A DNA stretch of 64,000 nt, from NCBI GenBank assembly GCA_963843845.1, contig CAWJMB010000005.1:32001-96000 (forward strand), written 5' to 3'. Both the position numbers and the translations under genes were made by a program. The notes beneath the pieces were generated by a model, which was not told where the DNA came from, did not search any database, and was given only the letters and a program-made list of their open reading frames with translations. This stretch comes from an uncultured Gemmatimonadaceae bacterium (lineage in GTDB: Bacteria > Gemmatimonadota > Gemmatimonadetes > Gemmatimonadales > Gemmatimonadaceae). Positions 52,301 through 61,179 of this stretch are shown one piece after another. How positions within the stretch are numbered: the stretch's first letter is position 1; the number at the start of each line of letters is the position of its first letter.

Positions 52301-55110
52301 ACGCTGTTGCTGTTGACGTCGATGCGCCCCGCGTTCGCGCCGCTGCCGAGCGTCAGCCCGCCCGTGATGCGCTCCACGCCGGTCGCCGTCGCGAGATCGA
52401 GCCGCCCGCCGAGCGTCGCCGCGTTCAGGTAGTTGTTGCCGTTGTTCGTTGCGCGGAGGCTGCCGCCGCCGGTGACGTTGACGAGCCCGGAGAGCGTGAC
52501 GCCGTTCTGCACGATGGCGCTCGACGCGTCGGTCTGGAACTGCGAGCCCGCGCCGCCCGCGACGTTCGTGCCCAGCACGAGCGTGCCGCCGTTCAGCGCC
52601 GCGAGCGTGCCGTTGTTCGTGACCGGCGAGTCCTCGATGGTGATGGTGCCGGCGGCGACGTCGGCCGCGATCCGACCGTTGTTGACGATCGTGCTCGCCC
52701 CGCCGATCAGCGACGCCCCGCCGATCGTGCCGTTCTGGCCGCGGATGGTGACGCCGGAGCCGATCGTCGCCGTGACGCCGTCGCCCTCGACGGTGACGCG
52801 GTTGTTCGACCCGGTGCTCCCGAGCACGATCGTGCCCGTGCCGCCGATCGTCTGCGTGCCCTGCAACGCGAGCACGCTGTTGCTGTTGACGTCGATCGTC
52901 CCCGTCGATCCGGGCGCCCCGCTGCCGAGCGTGAGACCGCCGATGACGCGCTCGACGCCGTACGCGGAGGCGAGGTCCAGTGTGCCGTCGAGCGTCGCCG
53001 CGCTCAGGTAGTTGCTTCCGCTGCTCGAGGCGCGGAACGAGCCGTTGCCCGTCGTGTTGATCGCGCCCGAGACCGTCACGCCGTTCTGGAGCACCAGACT
53101 CCCGGCGCCGACCTCGATCCGCGACCCCACGTTCCCGGTGACGTCCGAGTTGAGCACGAGCGTGCCGCCGTTGCGGGCCGCGAGCGTGCCGTTGTTCGTG
53201 ACCGGCGAGTCCTCGATGGTGATGGTGCCGGCGGCGACGTCGGCCGCGATCGTGCCGTTGTTCACGATCGTGCTCACGCCGCCGATCAGCGACGCCCCGC
53301 CGATCGTGCCGTTCTGGCCGCGGATGGTCACGTTCGGCCCGACCGTGAGGGTGACGCCGTCACCTTCCACGCTGATGCGGTTGTTCGAGCCGGTGCTCCC
53401 GAGCACGATCGTGCCCGTGCCGCCGATCGTCTGCGTCCCCTGGAAGCCGAGGATGCTGTTGCTGTTGACGTCGATCGTCCCCGTCGATCCGGGCGCCCCG
53501 CTGCCGAGCGTGAGACCGCCGATGACGCGCTCGACGCCGTACGCGGAGGCGAGGTCCAGTGTGCCGTCGAGCGTCGCCGCGCTCAGGTAGTTGCTTCCGC
53601 TGCTCGAGGCGCGGAACGAGCCGTTGCCCGTCGTGTTGATCGCGCCCGAGACCGTCACGCCGTTCTGGAGCACCAGACTCCCGGCGCCGGCCGAGATCTG
53701 CGATCCCGCACTGGCGGTGACGTTGGAGTTGAGCACGAGCGTGCCGCCGTTCGCCGCGCCGAGCGTGCCGTTGTTCGTGACCGGTGAGTCCTCGATGGTG
53801 ATGATGCCGCCGGCGACGTCGGCCGCGATCGTGCCGTTGTTCACGATCGTGCTCACGCCGCCGACCAGCGATGCTCCGCCGATCGTGCCGTTCTGGCCGC
53901 GGATGGTCACGTTCGGCCCGACCGTGAGCGTGACCCCGTTCCCCTCGACGGTGATGCGGTTGTTCGACCCCGTGCTCCCGAGCACGATCGTGCCCGTGCC
54001 GCCGAGCGTCTGATCGCCGTCGAAGGCGAGGATGCTGTTGCTGTTGACGTCGATCGTCGAGCCGGCCGTCAGTGTGAGGCCATCGCTGGCGCGGATCACG
54101 CCATAGCTCGTCGCGAGGTCGATCGTGCCGTTCAGCGTGACGCCACGCAGCATGTTGCTCCCGCTTCCGTTGGCGCGCAGCACCCCGCCGGTGCTCGTGA
54201 CGATCGTGCCGCCGGTGACCGAGCCGCTCTCGAGGAACACCATGCCGCCGTTCGTGATCGAGAGCGTGCCGGCGCCGGTGTTCGTGATCGCCGTCTGGAC
54301 AGCCAGGCGGCCACCATTCGCCGCGCCGACGGTTCCTCCGTTGGTGACCGGCGAGTCGATGAGCGTGATCGTGCCGCCGGCGACGTCTGCCGTGATCGTC
54401 CCGTTGTTGGCGATCGTGCTCGCGCCGCCGATGAACGCCGCCCCGCCGATCGTGCCGTTCTGGCCGCGGATGGTGACGTTCGGCCCGACCGTGAGCGTGA
54501 CGTTGCTCCCCTCGACGTTGATCCGGTTGTTCGACCCCGTGCTCCCGAGCACGATCGTGCCCGTGCCGGAGAGCGTCTGATCGCCGTCGAAGGCGAGGAT
54601 GCTGTTGCTGTTGACGGCGAAGCCGCCGCTCGACCCGACGCCGTTCCCGAAGGTCAGCCCGCCCTGCACCCGCTCGACACCGTAGCTCGTCGCGAGGTCG
54701 AACGTGCCGGCGAGCGTGACGCCGGTGAGGTAGTTGTTCCCCGAGCCGTCCGCGCTGATCCGCCCGTCGCCAGACTGCGTGATCAGCCCGCCGATGACGT
54801 TCGTGTTGTTGAGCCGGACCGAGCCGCCCGCTGCCGCGTTCAGCGACGCGCTCGCGGTCTGCGAGAACTGACTGTTGTTGATCGTGATCGTCGTCTGCGG
54901 CTGCCCGGTGCCGGCGGTCAGCGCCACGGTGTTGACGTAGTTGCCGTTGATCACGAGCTGCGCGGCCGCGCGCTGCGGCGGCCAGGCGATCGTGACCGCG
55001 ACGGCGGCGGCAGGGGCCACGAGGCGGGCGGTGGCCGTGAAGACGGCACCTCGGGCAGCAGCGCAGGCAGCAGCGCAGGCAGCAGCGCGAGCGGCAGCGA
55101 ACGACGACAT
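49396..55110 (-). CDS. Giant (1904 aa) beta-strand-repeat surface protein with Ig-like C-terminal domains and PEP-CTERM signal
   Basis: Gly/Thr/Asn-rich repeats, DFGTVQVG and DFGIVHVG Ig-like starts, VPEPSTWTMFGAGLVGVGVLVRRRRR. Confidence 0.9.
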   Translation of the reverse strand: MSSFAAARAAACAAACAAARGAVFTATARLVAPAAAVAVTIAWPPQRAAAQLVINGNYVNTVALTAGTGQPQTTITINNSQFSQTASASLNAAAGGSVRLNNTNVIGGLITQSGDGRISADGSGNNYLTGVTLAGTFDLATSYGVERVQGGLTFGNGVGSSGGFAVNSNSILAFDGDQTLSGTGTIVLGSTGSNNRINVEGSNVTLTVGPNVTIRGQNGTIGGAAFIGGASTIANNGTITADVAGGTITLIDSPVTNGGTVGAANGGRLAVQTAITNTGAGTLSITNGGMVFLESGSVTGGTIVTSTGGVLRANGSGSNMLRGVTLNGTIDLATSYGVIRASDGLTLTAGSTIDVNSNSILAFDGDQTLGGTGTIVLGSTGSNNRITVEGNGVTLTVGPNVTIRGQNGTIGGASLVGGVSTIVNNGTIAADVAGGIITIEDSPVTNNGTLGAANGGTLVLNSNVTASAGSQISAGAGSLVLQNGVTVSGAINTTGNGSFRASSSGSNYLSAATLDGTLDLASAYGVERVIGGLTLGSGAPGSTGTIDVNSNSILGFQGTQTIGGTGTIVLGSTGSNNRISVEGDGVTLTVGPNVTIRGQNGTIGGASLIGGVSTIVNNGTIAADVAAGTITIEDSPVTNNGTLAARNGGTLVLNSDVTGNVGSRIEVGAGSLVLQNGVTVSGAINTTGNGSFRASSSGSNYLSAATLDGTLDLASAYGVERVIGGLTLGSGAPGSTGTIDVNSNSVLALQGTQTIGGTGTIVLGSTGSNNRVTVEGDGVTATIGSGVTIRGQNGTIGGASLIGGASTIVNNGRIAADVAAGTITIEDSPVTNNGTLAALNGGTLVLGTNVAGGAGSQFQTDASSAIVQNGVTLSGLVNVTGGGSLRATNNGNNYLNAATLGGRLDLATATGVERITGGLTLGSGANAGRIDVNSNSVLALQGTQTIGGTGEIVLGTTGASNRITLEGIGTTTIGPNVTIRGTNGTIGTQVFVGGTQTLVNTGTIASDGGGLVTITQSAITNDGLLRAQNGTLTVQTPLTGTGTLQVDAAGTVNLTGGSSVSQGTLAIGGSGATVNNGTRNITLSTDYTNASAGSGNSFNRRAGITGSGQVLAGGDVVQEISGATVTNGTTNAATLTIGNVRVGGTTYTYTIDNGGTTGPALRGAIQTAVNGGNISDSRLSGSGVTPGLYGPAPVGGSAGPYEVTFTTSTAGAIAPLSGQTVNLRSTYENIADQKLNIVVGSGAGAYVVAQGQLNTPALDFGTVQVGQVVTQNLSFTNSATGPAGFVEDLNVGFGAASGTGASRITGSGAITGLAAGATSGGLTVGVNTATAGTVAGTIAINYTSAGTVNGVSNGLGTLAIGGTTYGVNGTIEAAANVVDQAAPVINTPTIALGNVRLGAASPTGAVSITNQATGNQQAALNATISGTAPVTGSGSISLLAPGATNASSLTVGLNTSTAGAVSGTATVSLVSDASNIGGCAPNCQLTLPSQNVTVTGAVYRLANPSVTPTSVTLAARVGDAAPTRALSITNSSPDAFTEALNASFTGAAPTGFTTSGSVTALAAQGTSTALSVGLNTATAGTYAGTATVGAVSTGVGTTGAPDVDVASTNVALAGRVYAPAVADVTATVDFGIVHVGDLATRGIGVTNVAPIATLNDVLVAAVSGGGPAFSTAGTTGGIAAGTSDNTSLQATLNTSTNGQFSGTAAVALVSRNPDLADRSLGSTNVTLTGQVNDFAQGAFAKTGGAGAFSMTGANAFLLDFGTITTGAGATTANLAVDNVAAGFADLLNGSFLTSGTGFSFFGFDAFSNLAAGARLGGLGITFDTSTLGAFTGSVTLTNFGTNASGYLGALDPITLSVRGTITTGAVSAVPEPSTWTMFGAGLVGVGVLVRRRRRGTPGVTTVVG
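52100..54760 (-). repeat. About five intragenic repeats of 567-579 bp
   Basis: NSNS(I/V)L..QT..GTG.IVLG(S/T)TG..NR peptide five times; 52876-53110 matches 53455-53689. Confidence 0.85.
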
Positions 55111-55240
55111 GAGACGAATCCTCTGCGACGAATGGCGAACGGGAGGCGGGCGACAGCACCGGCGGGACGGACGTGGTCCACTTCGTAACGCGCGGTCGTG
55201 CCCGCTTTCGTATCACCGCCGACTGTGGCATCTCCCCCAC

Positions 55241-56309
55241 ATGGCACCTCTCACGATCGCCGTCGTCGGCGGCGGGGCGATCGGCCTCGCCTGCGCCTGG
55301 CGGCTCGCCGAACGCGGCGCCCGCGTCACCGTCTCGGATCGGGGCGCCGCAGGCTCGGCGTCGCCCGCGTCGGCCGGGCTGCTCGCGGCGACGGCCGGGC
55401 ACGGCGGACCGGCCGGCTCACCACTCGACGCGCTCTGCCGTGCGGGGCTCGACCGGTGGCCGTCGTTCGCGCGCGAGGTCGAGGCGGCTTCGGGGCAGCA
55501 CGTCGGGCTGCGGGGAGAGGGCACGCTCGTCGTCGCGCTCACGGAGACGGAGGCGGCCCGGCTGCACCTCGCGTTCGACGGCTGGCGCGCCGCCGGCGAC
55601 GTCGGGCAGCGCTGGTTGTCCGGTCGCGGAGGCGGCGGCGATCGAGCCGGCGCTGGCAGCCGCCGTCGTCGCGGCGCGATGGTGCCCGCGCGACACGCAG
55701 GTCGACAGCGGTCGGCTCGTCGCCGCGCTCGCCGCAGCCGCGCGGCGGGCGGGCGTGCTGCTGCGCAGCGAGACGGCCATCGACTCGCTCGATGCGATCG
55801 AGGCCGACGTCGTCGTGCTCGCGGCAGGGGCGTGGTCGGGGCAGATCGCGCGGCGCCTCCCCATCCGCCCGCTCAAAGGGCAGATGATCGCGCTCACGAC
55901 GAACGCCGCCCCACCGCTCCGCCACGTCGTGTTCACGACGAGCGCCTACCTCGTGCCGCGCGACGATCGCCTGCTCGTCGGCGCGACGGCCGAGGAGGCG
56001 GAGTTCGACACGACCGTCACCGCCACCGCGACCGCACAGTTGCGCCGCGCGGCGACGGCGGCGATCCCCGCCCTCGCCGACGCGCCGCTCGCCGACGCCT
56101 GGACCGGGCTCCGCCCCATGACTCCCGACGGCGCGCCGCTACTCGGCTGGCTCGACAGTCGTACGATGGTGGCGACGGGGCACGGACGGAACGGGATCCT
56201 GCTGACTCCGATCACGGCCGACTACGTCGCCCGACTGGCGCTCGGCGAGCCGGTCGACGGGATCGAGCCGTTCGGGGTCGGTCGCTTCGCGGCGCGGTCG
56301 CCGGCCTGA
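55241..56309 (+). CDS. thiO: Glycine oxidase-like FAD-dependent oxidoreductase (frameshift near 55620)
   Basis: VVGGGAIG, ASPASAGLL, PLKGQM, WTGLRPMTPDG, GHGRNGILLTP. Confidence 0.8.
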
Positions 56310-56351
56310 GCCGAACGCGCCCGGGCACCGATCCCGACGCCGGTCGCGGCG

Positions 56352-56630
56352 TCAGTGATCGATGCCGCGCCCCGTCTGCTCGCGCAGCTCGTCGATCTTC
56401 TTCGACGCTTCAGCCTTCGTCAGCGTCCCGTCGAGCTCCTCGCCGGCTTCCTGCGCGAGCGTTCTGAGATACGACGCCTGCGCGCCGGTCATCGCTTCGT
56501 TCCCCGTCACCCACTGATCCGGGTTCTTCTCGGCGCTCGGCGACGCGGCGACCTCGTCGATCGTGGTGTCGGACATGCCGGACGCGCCGGCCGGCGTGTG
56601 CTCCGTGAACGCTGTCTTCGCTGCGGCCAT
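56352..56630 (-). CDS. DUF3072 family protein
   Basis: EKNPDQWVTGNEAMTGAQASYLRTL..LTKAEASKKID. Confidence 0.85.
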   Translation of the reverse strand: MAAAKTAFTEHTPAGASGMSDTTIDEVAASPSAEKNPDQWVTGNEAMTGAQASYLRTLAQEAGEELDGTLTKAEASKKIDELREQTGRGIDH

Positions 56631-56729
56631 GATCCATCTCCGTCTGAATGGGGTCGATCGTGCGCCCTGGAGCAGAGCAGCAATCGTGCCTCTACCCGAA
56701 CAGACGCCGAAACGGACCCACGCCGCGCC

Positions 56730-57368
56730 TCACCCGGCCGGTCGGCGCTCCACGACGGGCCGCTCGATGCGCACCGTGTAGCCGTCGCGGCTCAGCAGCG
56801 CGGTCAGCGCCGCGGCGGCGCTCCGGTCGGCGTGCGCGAGGATCCCCGATTGCTCCGCGGCCGTGGCGAGCTGGTCGCGAACCCGTCGCTGGATGACGTC
56901 GCGGTCCTCGGGGCGGAACGGGTTGAGCAGCCCCGCCCGCTCGTCGTAGGTCGTCACGTTCAGCACCTCGATGCCGAGCAGCCGAGCCGGGGGGAGCGAC
57001 ACCGTGATCTCGCGCGTCACCGAGTCGATGCGGACCCCTGTGTTCTCCGCGAGGTCGATCCCCGCCGAGACGCGGCCGGTGACGACGAGAAGCGCACGCT
57101 TCGTCGAGGCGAAGCGCGTCTGCTCGTAGATGACGACGTCGCGCAGCGTCATCTCGGTCGCGACGAGCTTCGCGACCGCCTGGAGGCGCTCGACGACGAC
57201 CTGCTGCGTGATGCGCGGCGGAGCGGGCGGGCCGGCGATCGAGCCGACGGCGCCGACGGCTCGGCGCGCGACCATGACGCCGACGCTCGCCGCGACCAGC
57301 AGCGCGATCGCGACGAGCCCCCAGACCAGGGTGCGGCGCGGTGCGGCGGCGTGCTCGGATGAGGCCAT
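56730..57368 (-). CDS. DUF4230 family membrane-anchored protein
   Basis: TM helix, AKLVATE, GRVSAGIDL, ITVSLPPA, GILAHA. Confidence 0.8.
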   Translation of the reverse strand: MASSEHAAAPRRTLVWGLVAIALLVAASVGVMVARRAVGAVGSIAGPPAPPRITQQVVVERLQAVAKLVATEMTLRDVVIYEQTRFASTKRALLVVTGRVSAGIDLAENTGVRIDSVTREITVSLPPARLLGIEVLNVTTYDERAGLLNPFRPEDRDVIQRRVRDQLATAAEQSGILAHADRSAAAALTALLSRDGYTVRIERPVVERRPAG

Positions 57369-57454
57369 GCGTGCAACATAGCCCACCGCCCCCCGGGCTC
57401 GCCCGCGCGCCGTGCTATGCTTCGCGGCGCGCTCTCCATCCTCGCCTCTCGCCC

Positions 57455-58135
57455 ATGTCCGCTCCCCCGCCCCCGCCCGACGGCTTCGTGCCGCTCGCGT
57501 TCACGCGCCGCCCGCTCGACGAGTCGCTCGCCCGCGGCCGCGCGTTCTACGAGGAGATGGACCGGCGCCGTACGACGCGCCACTTCGCGACCGATCCCGT
57601 GCCGCGCGAGGCGATCGAGCTCGCGATCCGCACCGCCGGGACGGCGCCGAGCGGGGCGCACCAGCAACCGTGGACGTTCGTCGCCATCGCCGATCCCGAG
57701 ACCAAGCGCCGCATCCGCGAGGCCGCCGAGCGCGAGGAGCAGACGTTCTACCGCGAGCGGGCGACCGACGAGTGGAAGGCCGCGCTCGCGCCGTTAGGCA
57801 CCGACGAGCACAAGCCGCACCTCACCGACGCGCCGTGGCTCGTCGTGCTGTTCCGCCAGGCGTACGGCGTGCGCCCCGACGGGACGCGCTACGCGCACTA
57901 CTACACCCAGGAGTCGTGCGGCATCGCGGCCGGGCTGTTCGTCGCCGCGGTGCACCGCATGGGGCTCGTCACGCTGACGCACACGCCGACGCCGATGGGC
58001 TTCCTCGGCGAGCTGCTCGAGCGGCCGGCGAACGAGAAGGCGATGCTCGTGATGCCGGTGGGGTACCCGGCGGCGGGGGCGCGGGTGCCGGACCTCGCGC
58101 GCAAGCCGCTGAGCGAGATCGCGGTGTGGCGGTGA
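57455..58135 (+). CDS. Nitroreductase-fold protein, iodotyrosine deiodinase-like
   Basis: RRTTRHF, GTAPSGAHQQPW, AAEREEQTFY, LAPLGTD, LTHTP, VPDLARK. Confidence 0.88.
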   Translation: MSAPPPPPDGFVPLAFTRRPLDESLARGRAFYEEMDRRRTTRHFATDPVPREAIELAIRTAGTAPSGAHQQPWTFVAIADPETKRRIREAAEREEQTFYRERATDEWKAALAPLGTDEHKPHLTDAPWLVVLFRQAYGVRPDGTRYAHYYTQESCGIAAGLFVAAVHRMGLVTLTHTPTPMGFLGELLERPANEKAMLVMPVGYPAAGARVPDLARKPLSEIAVWR

Positions 58136-58180
58136 GGCGCGCGTGACGGGCGGGTGATCAGGGCGCGATGGCGGTGCGGC

Positions 58181-59098
58181 TCAGCGCGTGAAGCGGCGCG
58201 CGAACGCCCACGCCGCCTCGCTCCCGTCGAAGTCGGTCGTCACGTGCAGGCCGGCGCGCGCGCCGCGGCCCCGGCCGGCGGGGGGGTGCCCCGGCAGCCC
58301 GTGCCCCGCCCCCTCCATACGATAGAGCACGACCTCGGCGCCGCCGCGGCACGGCGCGTAGGTCAGCACCTCGGTGCGCACGCCGTCGTCCGGCGCGCGG
58401 TCGGGGAGGCGCGACGTCGCCGGCGCCGCGGGGCAGCCGTTCGCGTCGCGCCAGAGCGCGACGGTCTCCATGACCGGCCGCGTACCGCCCGCCGCCGACC
58501 CCCGCCCCACGGCGCCGCCCCCGAAGCGCACGAGCGGGTCGGCGGTGCCGTTCATCATCAGGAGCGGCACAGAGCGCGACGGCCGGCAGGGCAGCACGAC
58601 GGGCATGCTCGCGACGATCGGCACGGCCGCGGCGACGCGGTCGGAGAGCTCGCAGGCGAGGCGGAGGGTCATCATGCCGCCGTTCGACACGCCGGTGACG
58701 GCGACGCGCCGGCGGTCGGCGACGCCGCGCGCCGTCAGCGTGTCGAGCAGCGCGCGGACGAACGCGACGTCGTCGACCTGCTCGCCGGTCGACTGCGCGA
58801 GCCGCGTCGGGCGTCCGTCGTTCCACCCGCGGTCGACGCCGTCCGGATACACGACGACGACCCCCTCGCGCTCGGCGATCGCGTCGAAGCCCGCCTGCGC
58901 GGCGATCTGCCGCGCGCCGCCGCCGCCGCCGTGCAGCACGAGCAGCGTCGGCGCGGGGGCCCTGAGCCGCGCCGGGCGGTGCACGTAGTACTCGCGCGTG
59001 CGGCCGTCGACGACGAGCGTGTGGCGCGCGAGGCGCGGCGCGGGCGGCGCCGCGAGCGCGGCGGCGAGAAGGACGGGGGCGAGCGCGTGGCGCGGCAT
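58181..59098 (-). CDS. PHB depolymerase / LpqC-like esterase
   Basis: LVLHGGGG, VVYPDG, DDVAFV, GVSNGG nucleophile elbow, NGTADPLV, GHGLPG. Confidence 0.88.
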   Translation of the reverse strand: MPRHALAPVLLAAALAAPPAPRLARHTLVVDGRTREYYVHRPARLRAPAPTLLVLHGGGGGARQIAAQAGFDAIAEREGVVVVYPDGVDRGWNDGRPTRLAQSTGEQVDDVAFVRALLDTLTARGVADRRRVAVTGVSNGGMMTLRLACELSDRVAAAVPIVASMPVVLPCRPSRSVPLLMMNGTADPLVRFGGGAVGRGSAAGGTRPVMETVALWRDANGCPAAPATSRLPDRAPDDGVRTEVLTYAPCRGGAEVVLYRMEGAGHGLPGHPPAGRGRGARAGLHVTTDFDGSEAAWAFARRFTR

Positions 59099-59130
59099 GG
59101 TGGCGGGTAGACGCGCGGCGGCGGCCGGCG

Positions 59131-61128
59131 TTAGCGCGCGGGGAGCGCGAACACCACGATCTCGTCCCCCTTCCCGAACACGTCGCCGTCGCCCCCCGCC
59201 GCGACCGCGACGTACTGCCGGCCGCGCGCCGCGTAGGTCATCGGCGTCGCCTTCGCGCCGGCCGGGAGCGCGCCCTGCCACAGCTCGCGCCCCGTCGCCG
59301 TCTCGAACGCGCGGAGCCGCGCGTCGACCGTCGCGCCGACGAACGTGAGCCCCCCCGCCGTGACGATCGCGCCGCCGAGGTTCGGGCTGCCCAACGCGCG
59401 CGGCGCGCCGGAGTCGGCCGCCGGCGCCCCCGCGCGGAACGCCTCGGCCGCGGCGCGGCGGCCGGCGTCGCGGTCGGGCGCGAGCCCCGCGCCCAACGGC
59501 CCCGGGGTGCCTAACGGGACGCGCCACGCGATCGCCCCCGTCTCCACGTTCACCGCGACGAGCGCGCCGAACGGGGGCGGCGTGCACGGCACGCGCTGCG
59601 GCGAGAGGAGGATGAGGCGGCGCATGAGGTACGGCGTGCCGCGCATCGCCGCGTACTCCCACGCGGGGTCGTAGCGGCCGTCGAAGCGGTCGCGCGGGAT
59701 GAGCTGCACGACGGCGGCGACCGTGTTCACCGGCACGACCGCGAGCTGCCGGCGCGGGTCGAACGCGACGCCGCCCCAGTGCGCGCCGCCGATGTTCGAC
59801 GGCATCGCGAGCGTCCCCCCGAGCGACGGCGGCGTGAACGGCCCCTCGTTGCGGAGCGCCGCGATCCGGTCGCGGCACCAGGCGCGGTCCGCGCTGTCGG
59901 CGCCGAACGCGTCGTCGGCGCGGAGCGCGTGCGGGCTCAGCACGATCGACGAGAACGGCTGCGTCGGCGACGCGACCTCGCCCGGCACGTCGCTCGCCGG
60001 CACCGCGCGCTCCTCCACCGGGACGATCGGCGCGCCCGTGTCGCGGTCGAGGACGAACAGCATCCCCGTCTTCGTCGCCTGCAGCACCGCGTCGACGTTC
60101 TTCCCGTCGCGCCGCACGGTGGCGAGCGCCGGCGGCGACGCGTTGTCGTAGTCCCACAGGTCGTGGTGCACGGTCTGGAACGACCACACCACCGCGCCCG
60201 TCGCCGCCCGCAGCGCGACGACCGAGTTCGCGTGGCGGTTGTCGCCGAGTCGCGCGCCGCCGAAGTAGTCGGGGCTCGCGCTCGACGTCGGCACGAAGAC
60301 GAGCCCGCGCGCCGTGTCCGCGGCGATGACGCTCCACGCGTTCGCCGCCCCGGTGCGCCGCGCGGTCGGCCCGCGCCAGGTGTCGTACGCCGGGTCGCGC
60401 GCGTCCTGCGGCACCGGGTCGAACGTCCAGAGCAGCCGCCCGGAGCGCGCGTCGTAGCCGCGCACCTCGCCGCTCGCCGCGTCGGTGCGCCCGTTGTCGG
60501 CGACGGCCGAGCCGACGACGAGCACGTCGCCGACGACCGCGGGCGGGGACGTGACCTCGTACTCCGCGTGCTCGCCGGGCGCGTTGCGCAGCCCGCGCCG
60601 CAGGTCGACCGTGCCCCCGTCGCCGAACGACGGACAGGGCGCGCCGTTTCGCGCGTCGAGCGCGATGAGCCGCGCGTCGACGGCGGCGAAGACGATCCGC
60701 TCGCGGCACGCGGCACCCGCTGCGGCGCTCGCCGGGGCGCGCCGGTCGACCCAGCGGCTCACGCCGCGGCTCGTCCAGTCGCCGAACCCGGACTGCCGCG
60801 CGACGCCGGCGTTGAAGCGCCACCGCTCCTTCCCGGTCGCCGCGTCGAGCGCGAAGACGCGGCCGAGCGGCGTCGAGAGGTACATCACGCCGCCGACGAC
60901 GAGCGGCGTCGTCTCGAACGACGTGCGCCGGCTCGTCGCGTAGTCGGGGCCCGCCTCGCCGGTGCTGAAGCGCCACGCGACGGCGAGGCGCCCGACGTTG
61001 TCCGCGGTGATCTGCGCGAGCGGCGAGTGGCGGCCGCCGCCGGGGTCGTGGCCGTAGCTCGCCCAGTCCTGGGCGAGCGCGGCCGCCGGGAGCGCGAGCG
61101 CGGCGAGGCACGTCGAGAGGGTGTGCAT
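59131..61128 (-). CDS. PQQ-dependent dehydrogenase (glucose/quinate family)
   Basis: DWASYG..HSPLAQIT, ETTPLVV, TSPPAV, HHDLWDYD, GGAHWGG, ATPMTY. Confidence 0.92.
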   Translation of the reverse strand: MHTLSTCLAALALPAAALAQDWASYGHDPGGGRHSPLAQITADNVGRLAVAWRFSTGEAGPDYATSRRTSFETTPLVVGGVMYLSTPLGRVFALDAATGKERWRFNAGVARQSGFGDWTSRGVSRWVDRRAPASAAAGAACRERIVFAAVDARLIALDARNGAPCPSFGDGGTVDLRRGLRNAPGEHAEYEVTSPPAVVGDVLVVGSAVADNGRTDAASGEVRGYDARSGRLLWTFDPVPQDARDPAYDTWRGPTARRTGAANAWSVIAADTARGLVFVPTSSASPDYFGGARLGDNRHANSVVALRAATGAVVWSFQTVHHDLWDYDNASPPALATVRRDGKNVDAVLQATKTGMLFVLDRDTGAPIVPVEERAVPASDVPGEVASPTQPFSSIVLSPHALRADDAFGADSADRAWCRDRIAALRNEGPFTPPSLGGTLAMPSNIGGAHWGGVAFDPRRQLAVVPVNTVAAVVQLIPRDRFDGRYDPAWEYAAMRGTPYLMRRLILLSPQRVPCTPPPFGALVAVNVETGAIAWRVPLGTPGPLGAGLAPDRDAGRRAAAEAFRAGAPAADSGAPRALGSPNLGGAIVTAGGLTFVGATVDARLRAFETATGRELWQGALPAGAKATPMTYAARGRQYVAVAAGGDGDVFGKGDEIVVFALPAR

Positions 61129-61179
61129 GCGCGTAACGTGCGCGGCGGCGCGCGCCGCGTCGATCCTCGCGGGGCCGGG

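Noticed and set aside
55111..55240. TPP riboswitch upstream of the thiO-like gene
   Set aside because: The conserved CTGAGA core is not visible and no other thiamine genes are adjacent.
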